A DNA stretch of 64,000 nt from Malacoraja senta (Eukaryota), in contig JAXLNO010000221.1 of assembly GCA_038087875.1 (NCBI GenBank), positions 1 through 64,000 on the forward strand, given 5' to 3'. Positions 63,076 through 64,000 of the stretch are shown piece after piece; positions within the stretch are counted from its first letter, which is position 1, and each line of letters starts with the position of its first letter. Under the pieces are notes generated by a model. That model was given only the letters and a program-made list of their open reading frames with translations. It was not told the origin of the DNA and ran no database searches. The position numbers and the translations under genes are program-made.

Positions 63076-63759
63076 TGTTAATTCTGGATCTCATCTTACC
63101 CCTAGTCTGGTTCAGTAAAATAAACTGAGTAGAACACTGAAGTCCAAACCCTTCTTTATTTATATACACTGCAGGGACAGTCTCGGATACACTCACGCGA
63201 GCCCACAGTAGCCTCGTGGAAACAGAACAGAAGGAAAACAACCGACACACCCAAACAAATTACATACACTCTTATACCCCTAAACGAAGGCGGGGACACT
63301 AAGTACGATGGGGGAGGCCACCCCTACATGCCAATCACATCTTACAGATAAGAAAACACATTATGAAGCACTTACTCTGTTAAATTACAAACCATGTATA
63401 CAAAAACCTTTTAGCACCTACATACTAAGTATAAACAGATAATCCTCTATCCAATCACAGGCTTGGGTACAGCATCTCTTCAACAGAACCTAGACAATGG
63501 CATCAGAGAAGCCACAAGGACAGAAACCACCTGGAGTCTCTTGCAGAAACCTAGACTTAATGACACCAAGTGGGTCATAAGTGCAGAATCTTCCTGGAGC
63601 TTCCGCAACAGACGGTGGCAACAACTAGGTCACATGGACCTCTTGCACCTGGTGTTCTTGTCACCTCATCCAGCTTGACCTTGCTCACAGGCAGTGTCAG
63701 CTATTTTCCAAAGCACCATCAGCCATTTCCCAAAGTACCCATATTCTTACATATTATCA
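63076..63759 (-). mobile_element. Solo LTR (684 bp) inserted in an old CR1
   Basis: TGTTAAT..ATTATCA ends, 4-bp TSD ATAC, splits CR1 gatgatac|aaagataggtgg; minus-strand TATAAG (~63275) and AATAAA (~63157). Confidence 0.8.
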
Positions 63760-64000
63760 ATACAAAGATAGGTGGAGGGGCAGGTAGTGTAGCGAAAGCA
63801 GGGAGACTGCTGAAGGACTTGGGCAGGTTGGGAGAGTGGGTAAAGAAGTGACAGATGAAATACATTATTGCAAAGTATGCAATCATGAACTTTAGTGTAG
63901 GAACAAAGCCGTAAACCATTTACTAATTAGGAAGAGGATTTAGAAATCGGAGGTGCAATGGGACTTGGGAGCGCTGGCACAGGATTCCCAAAGGGTTAAT

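Overview
Eukaryotic, repeat-dominated vertebrate DNA. The CR1, Penelope, V-SINE-like and KRAB-less C2H2 families suggest a cartilaginous fish, probably a skate or ray (inference). Most ORFs are fragments of CR1, Rex1/Babar, L1, L2 and Penelope-like retroelements. Larger elements are a decayed full-length DIRS1 tyrosine-recombinase retrotransposon (7823-12626), a nearly intact Gypsy LTR element (37114-41858), Harbinger and hAT derivatives, and a solo LTR. The DIRS has a second right terminus at 14257-14384 that encloses a captured L2 fragment. Recognisable host-gene content lies between about 14.9 and 28 kb: AIP exon 2, two tandemly duplicated and frameshifted copies of AIP exon 1 (minus strand), a periodic CCAAT/E2F-like promoter array inside AIP intron 1, and a 352-aa C2H2 zinc-finger ORF (plus strand) that may use that promoter. 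The best leads are apparent DIRS-mediated flank capture, a possible ZNF duplicon carrying an orphan AIP 5' fragment, a TSD-less chimeric Gypsy, and short hammerhead-core Penelope tail insertions. All calls were made by eye without database searches, and boundaries of old repeats are approximate.
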